A stretch of DNA of 64,000 bases from Paraspadella gotoi (taxonomy: Eukaryota > Animalia > Chaetognatha), in assembly GCA_051294375.1 (NCBI GenBank), contig CM119266.1:5631053-5695052 (forward strand), written 5' to 3'. This document shows, piece by piece, positions 26,118-40,350 of the stretch. The position numbers and the translations under genes are program-made. How positions within the stretch are numbered: position 1 is the stretch's first letter; the number at the start of each line of letters is the position of its first letter. Below the pieces are notes generated by a model. The model did not search any database, was not told the DNA's origin, and saw only the letters and a list, made by a program, of their open reading frames with translations.

Positions 26118-26902
26118 ATACCCTTGTATCCAAGTACAACTGTGCCACTATTACAAGAAAAAAAATCCAATTTTTCTCTGAATCGCAAAACTACGCCGTC
26201 CTCACTGTAGCGCCCTCTTGATCGTCGCTACATTGGGTCATTACTGTACCTCCGAACTCATCATCGTTTTCATCGGTCGTAACTGTAAACGAGAATCGAT
26301 AAACTTAGACGTAATTAGAGGAGGAAACAAATTTCAATTAGGGATGACGACGACGATGACCGCAGTTTATCTCACCCAAAGATTTATGACCTTTTAATTT
26401 CTCGCATCTTTAAAAAAATAAAATAAAGGGGGGCTAAGGGGGGGGGGCCGCGGTTTTGAGGTTTTATGGTTAATTCATTTTTTCCCCTTTTTTTTTAGAG
26501 AGTGTACATTAGAAGGTGAACGTGAAACACTTTGTGATTCATTGTTTAGTATATAGCTGTCATTTGTGCAGCGTTCACTATGTCTTCGATTCGGCTCTCT
26601 TGAATTTCGTTTTCATCTTCCGGATTGTCGGGTAGTTGTCGGGCAATCACCTTTCATTGTCGGGCAATTGGCCTTTCATGTCGATCAATTGCCAACATTT
26701 TTGAGTGTCTGTCTATCTGTCGGCTTGTCTCTCCGTCTGTCTGTCTGCCTGCGTTCGTATTTTGGGAATGTTACATTGAAAATCACGAATCCTTTAGTTC
26801 GGTTAGCTTTGTATCGGATATTTCACTTTTATCTCTAATTTTGTTTACCTAAAGGTAAATCAAATTCTGTTAAAGTATTTTAATTGCTTACTTATTCACA
26901 CA

Positions 26903-26935
<33 letters not shown>

Positions 26936-27057
26936 ACAAACACACACTTTCTCTTTTTCTCTTTCTATCTCTCTCTCTCTCTGCTTAGGTGGCCGCATAA
27001 AACATAAAAAGCAGACAAAAACTAAAAATACTCTAAAATTCCACAAAAAAAAAAACC

Positions 27058-27097
<40 letters not shown>

Positions 27098-30000
27098 CAG
27101 AGAGAGAGAGAGAGAGAAGAGAGAGAGAGAAGAGAGAGAAGAGAGAGAGAGAGGAGAGACGAGAGAGAGAGAGAGAGAGGTTCGTATAAATACCAAATAA
27201 AGGGAAAGTGAAAAAAAAAGGTTCGTAAATACCGAAACCTCTGAAAAACGGTAAAAATGTTTGGGTCGGCGTCAGTTTTCCGACGACGACGACGACGACG
27301 ATCGACGCGCCACCGACGATGACGACGACGAGGAGGCGAAACCAGAGGGAGACAAAAGAGCAAACAAAAGACAAGGAGGAGGAGGAGAAAGAAGAAAAAC
27401 TAAAGAGAAGGATGTTTCCTTGTGAAGTTGATAAAAACAGACATTAAACAAATTTTTTTAGGAGGAAGAAAACAAAAGAGCAACGATCGATCCAACAGAT
27501 TTTCCCGCCTTTCTATCGCACTTTCTTTTTTTCCTTTTCTTTATTTTTTTTTCTTTCTTAATTAAACAAAGTCTTTAACAAAGTAATCTGTGTTAAAAAC
27601 AAACATCATTTTAGGGATCATCAGAGGAACTAAGCGAGATAATATTTTAAATTTTAAATATTTAAAATTGTAAAAGCTGCGTAAGACGTCGTGTGCCATA
27701 GTTTTTTGATGATTTGCTTCGTATTTTAATACAAAAATACATGTCAAATTACTAAAAATTTAGATTTAAATATGTTTCAATATTTCATTTTATTCATAAC
27801 ACATTCGCTTTGATCTCCCTCGTTGCCTAATGTCTTTACCCACAGCCTAGTCTAAAAATAGCTTCCCTCACTGGTCGACACTTTGCCACCCGCGATCACA
27901 AATCGGAATTTCAACCACGTGAAAATCACCAAAATTCCTGTTTCACCGACTTTTTTCTGTTTTCCCTCTGGTGAAGCTTTAAGTGTTTTAAGGCTTAGTT
28001 CATCTTCATTTAATTCAATTTTTAATTTCATTTCATATTCTCAATTATCTGTCCATAAATTCGTGTTTTGAACTAAAATGACAGAGAGAAGAACAACAAC
28101 AACGACGACTTTCACAGTTTATGATTTGTTCACCCGTTCACGACTTACCCATTTGACCATTTCTCAGTTCTCTTTCTTAGATCTCACAGTTCATATAATA
28201 CTTGTGAATTATTTTTACATTACGTTTGTTTCCCTTTGTGAAACCACCTCATTCGGTCTATCAATTCCACCTCACAAAACAAAATTCCGATTGTCAAGTG
28301 GAAACAAAATTTTTAAATGTTGTGAAAAGCAAAAAATCATTCCACTTTTGTTTTCTATTGTTTTTTACATAAAAAATATTAAAAAATAAAACTAGATTAA
28401 AGTCAATTATTCAAAATCGTCCAGAAGCAAAGGTGATTGATTGTTGATTGGTTAATTGCGAGTCGTGATTGATGTGCTTGGAAGGTTTCATGAATTCAAT
28501 TGATTATTTATTCATTTTTACAATCAAAATCTTAGCCCCGAAAAAAACCATCAGCCTGCCGTAAAAGAAAACTATTCGACGGCGCGAAAAAAAAGATGAG
28601 AAAAACGTACTTACATAATTCTCTAAATAAATATATGGGAATGAGATAAACGTATATTTTTTTTAAATCTTAAAAGAAATGTTTGCAAATGAAAAAATAT
28701 CGATTAGCGACAAAGGTCGAATTATTCGAGAACGAAATTTCTCGAATCGGAAATGATAATTAATTAATTAATTAATTCAAAACTCAAAAATATATATTCG
28801 ATTCTTAAACTTCGGAAGTGGAAGAAGTAGTTAAGATCATCATTATCACACCCTTAGGTTCTATAATTTCGTAGTGAAAGTTTTAACAGCTACATTTTTT
28901 ATTCACATTGAAACTTGCGAACAATTTAAATGTATTTGTAAGTATAAGAGTTTTAAAAAGTGATGCTTTAAAATTTCATAGCGTGCGAGTTATTAAAAAG
29001 TGGAGGAAGAAAAAGCAACAAAATAGAAAAGTCATGAAATATTGATAGACGGATAGATTAAAATAAAATCAGTGCGAAAAAGAGAAGTTAGATGAGAAAA
29101 GTGGAAAAAGAGGAGAAAGACGAGAGAAAACAAGAACGGAACTTCCAATGTTTGTTGCGCCGAAGTGACTTTTTTATCCTACGTATCTTCAACACACGCT
29201 GCAATTGAATCTCCTCTTTTATTCTTTATTATTAATACATAGTTATAAGATTTCTTTGTTCTCGCAGTCGCTAATATTTGAGGTACTATTCCTGTCTTAA
29301 CAAATGTGCATCCAACTTATATAATTGTGACAGATCGATGGACGTACATACCGACCGACCGAAAAGGGACTTAGAGAGTAGCTCCTCGAATACTCGCGTC
29401 GCAACTAAAAAAAGGTAAAAAGAAAAGGCGGAGAAAATGAGAGAGAGGAACAAACGTGACTTCTGCCGAGAAATTATCAAAAGAGAGAGAGAGAGAGAGG
29501 AGAGAAGAGAGAGAAGGAGAGAGAGAGAGAGAGAGAGAGGTATAAAAGGAGAAGGAAAGAGAGATGGAGAGGAATGAGAGAGAGAGAGAGGAGATGAAGG
29601 AAGAGCAAGAGAGAGAGAAGAAGAGGAGAGAGGAGAGAGAGAGATGAGAGACGAAGACCGAAAGAGAGAGAGAGAGGTTTTTTGTTCCAAATTTGCCCAA
29701 AGGCGTCCGAATTTTTTCGAGGCTTTCAGCTGTTGGTTTTTCGGGCGGAGACCGAAGGGGCGCGTGGGGGGGGTGAGGATGATGGTTCGCTGGACAATTT
29801 GGGGCGTGTTGCTCGCGGTTGGGGGTGATTCTGGGTTGCTTGGGGTTTGGGTGACGAAGACTGGCTGAAGAAATTAAATCGTTCGGGTTGACTCATGACA
29901 ATCACAATGTTCATATTTGTTGTTGTGATAAAAGGATGACCAATTGACCATTGCTAAGATGTAGTCTTTGTCGTCGTCATCGTCGTCGTCGTCGTCGTCA

Positions 30001-30531
30001 TTATCTTCGTCGTCATCGTCGTCGTCTTTTCCTCCGTCAGACGTCGGGTGGGCGAAAATATACAACCGCAAAATTTGCTTCTCAGTTTCACAAAATTTCA
30101 CTAAATTCATTTTTCACAAGAATTTTTTTATTCAGTTTTTTTATTTTTTTTTCCATTTTTAAAAATTCTTAATAATTTTTAGAAATGTGAGACCGAGGAC
30201 CACGACGATGATGACGACGATGACGACGAAGAAGACGATGATGACGACGATGACGACGACGACGTTTGTCGACGGGCGCCAAAGTCCGTAAAGTACATTT
30301 TCGATATTTAAACTTTAATTCCGACTTCATTTTTTTTTCTCTTTTTAAAGTTTTTACTTTTTTTAAAGTTTTTTTTTCTTTTTTTCTCTTTTTCTTTTTT
30401 TCTTTTTTTCTTTTTTTTTCTTTTTTTCTCTTAAATTTCCTCGATTTTTTGTTTAATTTGTTCTTTTTTTATTTTGCGGTCGAAATTTTGTTTTCTCTGT
30501 TCACCTGTTGATCTCGGGGGAAGTTCGCTTC

Positions 30532-30570
30532 TTGTTCGCAAATTGTTCGCAAATTGTTCGAAAATTGTTC
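30532..30570. repeat. 11-bp tandem repeat (TTGTTCGCAAA) x ~3.5
   Basis: Read directly. Confidence 0.85.
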
Positions 30571-30639
30571 GTCTCCCATTGAAAATCATTGATGATGAGA
30601 AGGATGACAATTAAATCAATGACTGATGACAATTTTCGA

Positions 30640-30697
<58 letters not shown>

Positions 30698-30725
30698 GAT
30701 GATGATGATGATGATGATGATGACG
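30640..30725. repeat. (GAT)n microsatellite
   Basis: Read directly. Confidence 0.95.
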
Positions 30726-33700
30726 ACGAAGAAAGAAAAAAGGCTGACGTCAGTCAAATGATTCTTTTGTCTTTTCGTCACTTCTGATGAATTACATTGA
30801 GACAAAGACGAAAGAGAGAGAGAGAGAGAGAGAGCGGGGTGGAAGAAAGAATGTGCTTCTTTTCTAACTTCCTGTAAGCAACAATAATTTATATAAAACA
30901 TAAAAATCGTCAAATCTCACTTTTTAAACAAAAATTTTTTTATTTCAATTTTGTTTCTTTTGTAAAAATAAAAATACATATAATAAAAAATTTTTATCTC
31001 CATTTTTGTCTTGATTTCATATTTTTTTTTATTTTACGATTTTTCAACACGAAAAATTAGTTTTCTTCTTCTCGAGGAAAAGGTCGTAAATAAAATTAAA
31101 AACAAAAGAACAAAACGAAAGAATGAAAAACAAAAACAAAGAAAAAACAACAAAACGAACAAAAACAAACAAAAAACGAATTATAAACAACAAAATAAAA
31201 ACAAATGAAAACAAAAAAAACGAATTAAACAAAACAAAACAAGCAAAACCGAGCGCAGTACTAATTTGTTTTTATTCGCCGGAAACTAATTCTCCATCGC
31301 GTAAAAAAGTTTAGCGTTCGCAGGTGCAAACAAAGATAGCATCGGATGCAGTCAGCGAGCTTGGCCGTAAAGTGGAAGAGAACTAAAGCGGCAGTCAAAA
31401 GCTCATTAGTTAAATTTCTCTTTATTTCGAAATAATCATTGTAAAAAATACTAATTAAGGCTCTCTCGGGTCGTTAGGGACCCCAGTTCGGAAGGGCGTC
31501 ATAAGCCCGGGAGGCGTCGTTGTTGTTGTTGTCGTCGTCGTTATTGTTGTTACGGTATTATGTATTCATCGTCGTCGTCGTCGTCGTTCATCGCGGGTGG
31601 CGTCCGTCCAAAATGAAAAAGAAAATCGTAAAAAGTCATCAAATTTGTTTTGGACAAAAACGAAAAAAATAACAAAAATAATTAATAATAAAAAAAATTG
31701 TAAAAAAGAAAAAAATGTAAATCCTAGTTAAGGAATTTGTTTTACTTTCATTTTACTTTTAAGAATTTTTTCTCTCTTTACTAAATTGGTATTTTGCTCT
31801 CTCTCTCTCTCTCTCGTTCGTTCCGTTCGTTCGTCGTTCCGTTCATTCGTGAGTTCTTTCATTTACTTTGTTTGGTTGGTTTACTCATTTACTCATTTCA
31901 TTGCCATCTTAGATATGCAATTTCCTAAAAAAAATTTTGCGCCCTCAATTTTTTTTTTTTGTTTCAAATCTGACAAAATTGAACGAAGAAAAATGGAGAA
32001 ATGTTTGTCGTCGTCATCATGCATAGTCGTCGTCGTCTGCATCTTGTCATCATCATCGTCGTCGTCTTCATCGTCGTCGTCGTCCTCATCTTCGAACATG
32101 AATTCGCCGTCTTTCCGTTGTTGTCCGTCCTGTCAGTTTTATTTCGTCTTTATTCCATTTTTAGAAAGAGTCGATCTTCCCGCCGACGAATGGTCGCCGC
32201 CGGCGTCGCCCTAAGGAGTCATGTTTTTCTCCGACAAACCGAAGTCGCAGTCAATCTTCGCTGTCACTCAGGGTCCATTCTGGGTTCTTTTCTCTAAGTT
32301 TGACATTCTCAAGTAGTATCAGGTTTGACATTCTTAAGTTGATTGGGTTTTCCTACTTGACATTCCTAAAGGAGTTTTCGGCTTGACATTCTCATTAGTT
32401 CAGGTTTGGACATTCTACAACTACAATACAGTAGCACTACACTAGCACTTAGCGTAAGCACCCTTGCGGTTTTCCTGCTTCACAACACTCTTAGTAGTTT
32501 TGTTTAAACATTCTATTGAACATTCTATTTTTTCCTGACATTCCTAAGTGGCTTTGAGTTTTCCTTCTTTTTGTTGCTCTGAGAGTCTGAAATTTTTGTT
32601 ATTACCTGTCATCATAATTTTCTTCCATCACTTAAAATATCATTGTTAACCCTCTGTTTAACATTTTGTTAGGTGTCATGATGATATCAAATCCATCGCC
32701 ATAGGGCATATTATCCCCTTATTTGCCATCTGTCGACTGGCATAGAAATCCCAATGCCATCTCACAATCTACCCCTTAAATTTGCCCCTGTCTACAGCAA
32801 TGCGCCACAGCATCGCATTTATTCATCTTACCCATCTACGGCCCCCCCCCATTGTCCACCTAGCCGACGGCATCGCCATTCGAACTGCCATGCTTACCAT
32901 CTTCCCCCCCCCTCAATTTGCCACCTGCCGAGGCATTGCATCTTTTTTCCTTCGATTTTGATGTAATTTCTCAGGCATCACCTTTCGTTTTCCCTCTGGT
33001 AACAAGATGCCGTGTTCTACATCTTTTTTCGTGTCGAGTCGACGGCGGCGAAATTCGCCGAGATGGCACGCGTTATTATGGCGGGAGGAGTGGGGCGTGC
33101 GGCGTGGTGCTGCGGCACGGGGGGCGGCGGTGTGCTGCTTGCGGCGGAGGCCGGCGGAAAAGTGGTCGGAGGTGGCCGGGAGTGGACAAATGTGGCGGAG
33201 AGTAGTCAGAGGTTGCAAGGAGTGGTTGGAGGTGGCGGGGAAAGGTCCAAAGTGACAGAGAGCCGGGTCAGAGGTGGCGAGAAAGAGTTTATAAGCGGTC
33301 CTTTGGGGGCAGGGAGTGGTCAGATTATGGCTAGGGAGTGAGCAAATGTGGCGATGAAGTGGTCGGGTTGAAGATTTGTTTGCGTGTGTTGTGCCAGTAG
33401 CGACGAACGACGACGACGACGACGACGAGAAGTGTTGCTAATTTTGTTGATCATATTGTGGCCAAAGTGGTAAGTCTAAAAGAGAGAGTGAGTTAACGCG
33501 ACGCGCGACGACGCTGAAACTTACCCTCGACCGACTTCCTTCATCCGCCCCAAGAAATAGAATAAGATTTATCAGAGATTTTGGTATTCTGATTACATTT
33601 TATTACTTTTTTCTCGTTTTTTAATGTTGAGTTTCTTGTTCTGGTCTTGTCTGTTTTTGTCTGTCTTTTGTAAATTTCTCTTTTCTCTCCAATGTAACAT

Positions 33701-34182
33701 CTGCCTCTCTCTAGATTCCTGTTTTCCCACCTTTTCTTTGTGTTTCTCTTTGGTTCCTTCTCACTCTCCTTCTCTCTCTCTCATCTCTGTCTCTCTATCT
33801 CTCCTCTCTCTCTCCTTCTCTCGTCTCTCTCTCTCTCTCTCCTCTCTCCTCTTTTGCACTACCCTTACAGCGTCTCTCCGCACACGCGGACGACGAGAGA
33901 AGCTAAGAAAAGGTAAGGTTATCCCGAACCAAAAGAGAAAGAAGCTTTCCGCATCCTAACCGTCGTAACGCGTACGCGAATTTAATTGAACCTCCGTTAC
34001 TTTTTCTTCGTTAAAATTGGAATTCTGTATTTTGAAAAGAGTTAAAATTTGGTTGTTTGTTGTTGTTGACGTCGTCGTCCCGTCCGTCGTCGTCGTCTTC
34101 GCCGTCGCGGTGTCAACGAAAGGATGATCCTCGGACTGAAAAAGGGAAAGGTAGCGCTGATAATGGAGGCGAGAGAGAGACT

Positions 34183-34227
<45 letters not shown>

Positions 34228-34356
34228 GAGAGAGTCATCCCTAAATTAATTTTTTCTCTTTCGGTAGATTAAGTTTCCAAGCGTCAGATTACATAATGAT
34301 AATCATCGTTAAAGTCAATAAAATAGGAAACAGACGGATCTTGATATGGAAAGGAC

Positions 34357-34399
<43 letters not shown>

Positions 34400-35525
34400 A
34401 GAGAGGAGAGAGAGGAGAGGGAGAGGAGAGAGAGAGAGAGAGAGAGAGAAAGAGCCAAAGTAAGAGAGGGAAAGACAGAGGAGAGAGAGAAACATTGTGT
34501 TTAATTTCTTAGTTATCTTACCCAATAATATGGGAGAGCTCTTTTATGTATCTATGCGTTTACACCATATTTATAGCTATGAATGAAGCCTCTCCCTTTT
34601 CAACAGTCCCCTAACATAATTTTTTATTCTTACAAATCAGTACAAAAATGTTTAACCAAATGGCAAATTTTGTGATCTTCCCCGAGTCCCTTCGTTATCT
34701 ACGAACCATAAATTCCCCATTACGGATACATTTAGTAGAGATAAAACGCGAGTATTTAAAAGTTTTTTAATGAGGAAGTAATTTCGGTTATTAGTGATAG
34801 ATATTTTAAATTAAAACTCATTTACTTTTTTTGGTATTTACTCATCAGGAGAAAGAGAGATAAAGGCGCTATTTTCTAAAATACGTCTCAATTCTTGTTC
34901 TTTTAACCTTAATCTCTTTCAAATTTATTGATCCCAATCCTCACCTAATCCTAATTCCTAACCTAACCTTATCCTTATCTCTATTCCCTAACCCCTAACT
35001 ATTCCTTACAATTTTAATTGAAAAAAATGATTTAATTCTAATCATAAACTGAAATGGGTTGTTTTTTAAGAAAATATGAACCGGATAGAAGAAAATGAAC
35101 TACTCATCCCCTTAAGTTTTTGCGCGATCCTTTACCGGTCGAGATTGAACTTTCAAAACTTTATTAAAAAAAATAAACAGGATTTTCGCTCTTATTTTTA
35201 TGTTTTTGATCCTAATTTGTTGATTTAAACGGTTGGTTAATACAACAGACTCATTAGCGGAGTGAAAAACCACTGGGGATCAGAGGGCTTTTTTTTATTT
35301 TTTTTTGCTTCCTTTGTTTTTTTTATATTTTTTTTGATTAATTATTACGATTTTTTAAGTAATTGGACGCTTATAATTTCCGTTGTTTTTTTTTAGACTC
35401 GGTTCACTAAATGCGTTTTTATCTCGTTTTGAACTTAAAAGAATTGGTAATTTGTAAAACAAATTTGAAAATTATTCCATTGATAAAAAAAAAGAAGTAT
35501 CTTGATATCTCTTATAAAATATAAT

Positions 35526-36257
35526 ATGAAATTGGTACAACCAATATAATAATTATCCATTCATTTTAATAAATAAGCTATCTTGCCCCTGAATTTGGAC
35601 AGGCAATTGGTGGGTTTAAGTGCCTCCATCAACTTCTTACAGGTTCCTGCAAAGCCTTTTCCAATCAAGACTCTCTCCACAGTCCCTTAATTCACTCCCA
35701 GAGTAACCTGGATTCCCTATCAATAAAGTGGAAAATATTTCAAAGAATGTTTCATTGTATGAAAAGACCACTCCCTTAAGTTTAGATCGGGGAATATTAT
35801 TGTACTCCGCACTAGCATCAAAATAACAAGGAGCTGATTTTATGAAATTGGTACAACCAATATAATAATTATCCATTCATTTAATAAATAAGTCTATCTT
35901 GCCCTTGACTTTGGACAGGCTTTGGTGGTTTAGGCCTCCATCACTCTTAAAAAGATAATTGACATAGCAGGGTTCCTGCAAGCTTTCAATCAAGACTCTC
36001 TGCACAGTCCCTGTTAATTCACTCCGAGTACCTGGCTTCCCTCATCAATAAAGGTAGAAAAATATTTCAAGAATTGTTTAATTGTATGAAAAGACCATCC
36101 CCTTTAAAGTATTAGGATCGGGGAAATAACTTATTGTACTCCGCACTAGCATCAAAATACAAGTAGCTGAATTTTATGAAATTGGTAAGAAGCAACCAAT
36201 ATAATAATTATCCATTTCATTTAATTTAAATAAGCTATCTTGCCCCTGAACTTTGAC
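35526..36257 (-). mobile_element. ~2.3 head-to-tail copies of a ~316-330-bp element inserted in a (TA)-rich site; absent from the right arm
   Basis: Unit start ATGAAATTGGTA at 35526, 35842 and 36176. The empty site AAAAAATATATATATTTTATATAAGAGATATCAAG lies at ~38797-38831. Confidence 0.8.
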
Positions 36258-36701
36258 ATATATATTTTTTTTCATTATTTAGCCCCTTTTCATAAGATTC
36301 TTTTTTCAAGTATTATTTTTTTTATTTTGTTGATTTTTTTCTCATAGATTAAATTTAAATTCACAAATCTATACGGTAAAAAATTTATATTGCTCACAAA
36401 TTGTCTTATGTTTTATGTATCATACGTACAAAAATTTTATTAGAAAACAAAAGGAAATCAGTCCGCGAGAGAAAAACAGTCGCTAAAGTTTGAGAACAAA
36501 AGTTCCATCGTAAAACATCTGCGGCTAAAAGGCGTAAAAAATAGACCATCGGAAACGCGCGGGGATTTGAAAAAAGACGCACGACGCCCCCAATTGATAA
36601 TTACAGAGTCTTTCTCAACCGCCCAACGCCGATATGAGAAGGTTGTAACGGAGGCTCGTTACTCCGCCTGGTCCTCCCTTTGTTTTTAATCTCCCTCCGT
36701 T

Positions 36702-36776
<75 letters not shown>

Positions 36777-37079
36777 CAGAGAGATGAAGAAACTGTCTTT
36801 TTCTGATTTGACCTTTACGTATGTTTAGTCGTGATACAGTTGTTATGTTATAACTTATTTATTTTTACTGTATCATTGCTTGCTTATATTTGTTGCATTC
36901 TGTTTCATAATCTTATACGAATAAAAATACCTCATTTCACAAAAAAGTATAAATATAAAAAAATATGAATGAAAAGCTTAAAATATAGACAACTCCCATA
37001 TTCATCTACATACGAATCAATACAAACCTAGGAAAGAATATCTGTTAAGCATTTGCATGTTTGTTTTCCAGATTTCATC

Positions 37080-37111
<32 letters not shown>

Positions 37112-37448
37112 GCTCGTCGTCTTATCCCTCCCTCCACTCGCCTCTCTCTCTCTCTCTTCTCTATCAGTCTCTCTCATCCTCTCTCCTCTCTCATCTCTCC
37201 TCGATAGTCTCTCTCTCGTCTCTTTCTCTCTTCAATCCTCCTCATCGGCGGAAATCGTAAAAAACGCGTAAAAGCATAAAAAGAAAAAGAAAGAGAGAGA
37301 GCGAGTAGGAGGAGAGAGGAGAAGAAAGATTGGAGAGGAGTTGAAGAAAGAGGAGAAATTGTGTTCGGGGAGAGGAGATAGAGGAGGGGAGAAAGAAAAT
37401 AAAAGAAAGTATGGGAAATGGAAAGAGAGGGAGTCAGTATAAGAGAAT

Positions 37449-37504
<56 letters not shown>

Positions 37505-37649
37505 TAAAAAGGAGTTAGAAATTCAAACCTGGGGAAAAAAGAAAAGGAAAAAAAAAAGAAAATGAAAAATAAGGAAAAAAAAAAAAGAAGAGAGAGAGAG
37601 AGAGAGAGAGAAGAGAGAGAGAGANNNNNNNNNNNNNNNNNNNNNNNNN

Positions 37650-37681
<32 letters not shown>

Positions 37682-38000
37682 ATCTCTCATATCTGACTCC
37701 CTCTCTTTCCCATTTTCCCATCTTTCTTTTTATTTTCTCTCCCTCTCTATCTCCTCTCCCCGACACATTTCCCTCTTTCTTCAACTCCCTCTCCATCTTT
37801 CTCCTCCTCTCTCTCCTATCTCGCTCTCTCTCTTTCTGTTTTCTTTTTATGCTTTACGCGTTTATTACGAATTCCGCCCAGTATGAAGACGGATGAGAGA
37901 GAGCGAAAGAAGAGAAGAAAGAAGAGAGAGAGAATGACGAGCGAGAAAGATGATGAAGAAGGTGAGGGAGGAGATGGAGGGAGGAGACGAGAGAGAGAGA

Positions 38001-38043
<43 letters not shown>

Positions 38044-38331
38044 AATCTGGACAACAAAAAACATGCAAATGTTAACAGATATTCTTTCCTCAGTTTTGTA
38101 TTGATTCGTGTAGCTGAACATGGATTGTCTATATTTTAAGCTTTTCATCTATATTTTTTTATATTTATACTTTTTGTGAAATTAAGTATTTTATTTGTAT
38201 CAGATTATGAAACAGATGCATACAAATATAAGCAAACAATGATTACAGTAAATAAATAAGTATAACATAACAGATTGTATCAGACAAACATACGTAAAGG
38301 TCAATCAGAAAAAGACAGTTTCTTCATCTCT

Positions 38332-38377
<46 letters not shown>

Positions 38378-39218
38378 AACGGAGGGAGATAAAACAAAGG
38401 GGAGGACCAGGCGAGTAACGAGCCTCCGTTACAACCTTCTCATTATCGGCGTTGGGGGTTGAGAAAGACTCTGTAATTATCAATTTGGGGGGTCGTGCGT
38501 CTTTTTTCAACCCCGCGGTTTCCGATGCCTATTTTTTCGCCTTTTAGCCGCAGATGTTTTACGGATGGACTTTTTGATTTCTTCAAACTTTCGCGACTGT
38601 TTTTTTCTCGGGACTGATTTCCTTTTGTTTTCTAATAAAATTTTTGTACGTATGATACATAAGCATAAGACAATTTGTGAGAAATATAAATTTTGACCGT
38701 ATTAGATTGTGAATTTAAATTAATCTTTGAGAAAAATCAACAAAAGAAAAAAATAATACTTGAAAAAAGAATCTTATGAAAAAGGCTAAATAATGAAAAA
38801 AATATATATATTTTATATAAGAGATATCAAGATAGCTTCTTTTTTTTTATCAATGAATAATTTTCAAATTTGTTTTACCAAATTACAATCTTTAAGTTCA
38901 AACGAGATGAAAACGATTTAGTGAACCGAGTTCTAAAAAAAACCCGGAAATTATTAAGCGTCCAATTACTTAAAAAAATCGTAATAATTATCAAAAAATA
39001 TAAAAATAACAAAGGAAGCCAAAAAAAAATAAAAAAAACCTATGATACCCAGGTGTTTTTCACTCCGCTAATGAGTCTGTTGTATTAACCAAACCGTTTA
39101 AATCAACAAATTAGATCAAACATAAAAAATAAGAGCGAAAATCCTAGTTTATTTTTTTTTTAATAAAGTTTGAAAGTTCAATCTCGACCGGTAGAGATCG
39201 CGCAAAACTTAAGGGGAT

Positions 39219-39460
39219 GAGTAGTTCATTTTTTTTATCCGGTCATATTTTCCAAAACAAACCCATTTCAGTTTATATTTAGAATTAAATCATTTTTTCA
39301 ATTAAAGATTAGGATAATGAATAGGTTAGGGGTTAGGGAATAGGATAAGGATTAAGGTTAGGGGTTAGGGAATAGGATTAGGGTGAGGGATTGGATCATA
39401 AATTTGGAAAGAGATTAAGGTTAAAAGAACAGAATTGAGACGATTTTAGAAAATAGCGCC
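39219..39460. mobile_element. Candidate Helentron/HINE-like non-autonomous element with degenerate TTAGG(G) core (mirror copy ~34865-35105)
   Basis: Internal GGTTAGGGGTTAGGGAATAGGAT repeats, flanked by an 11/12 inverted repeat TATTTTCCAAAA (39246) / TTTTAGAAAATA (39444). Confidence 0.4.
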
Positions 39461-39852
39461 TTTATCTCTCTTTCTCCTGATTGAGTAAATACCAAAAAAA
39501 AGTAAATGAGTTTTAAATTAAATTCTATCACTAATAACCGAAATTATTCCTCATTAAAAAACTTTTAAATCTCGCGTTTTGTCTCTACTAAATGTATCCG
39601 TAATGGGAATTTATGGTTCGTAGATACGAGACGCGGGGATAGATCACAAAGTTTTGCATTTTGTTAAACATTTTGTACTGATTTGTAAGAATAAAAATTA
39701 GTAGACTGTTGAAAGGGAGAGGCTTCATTCATAGCTATAATATGGTGTAAACGATAGATACATAAAAGAGCTCTCCATATTATTGGGTAGATAACTAAGA
39801 AATTAAACACAATGTTTCTCTCTCTCTCTGTCTTTCCCTCTCCTTACTTGGG

Positions 39853-39981
<129 letters not shown>

Positions 39982-40312
39982 TCTCTCTCTCTCTCAGTCT
40001 CTCTCTCGCTCTCATTATCAGCGCCACCTTTCCCTTTTTCAGTCCGAGATCATCCTTTCGTGACACCGCCGACGGCGAAGACGACGACGACGACGACGAC
40101 GACGACGTCAACAACAACAACAACCAAATTTTAACACTTTTCAAAACAAAGAATCCAATTTGAACGAAAAAAAGTAACGGAGGTTCAATTAAATCCGCGT
40201 TACGAGATTAGGATGCGGAAAGCTTCTTCTCTTTTGGTTCGGGATACCTTACCTTTTCTTAGCTTCTCTCGTCGTCCGCGTGTTGCGGAGAGACGCTGTA
40301 AGGGTAGGTGGC

Positions 40313-40350
<38 letters not shown>

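Noticed and set aside
34930-35005. True telomere or chromosome-fusion relic
   Set aside because: The tract is short, degenerate and interstitial; its inverted partner is explained by the large duplication.
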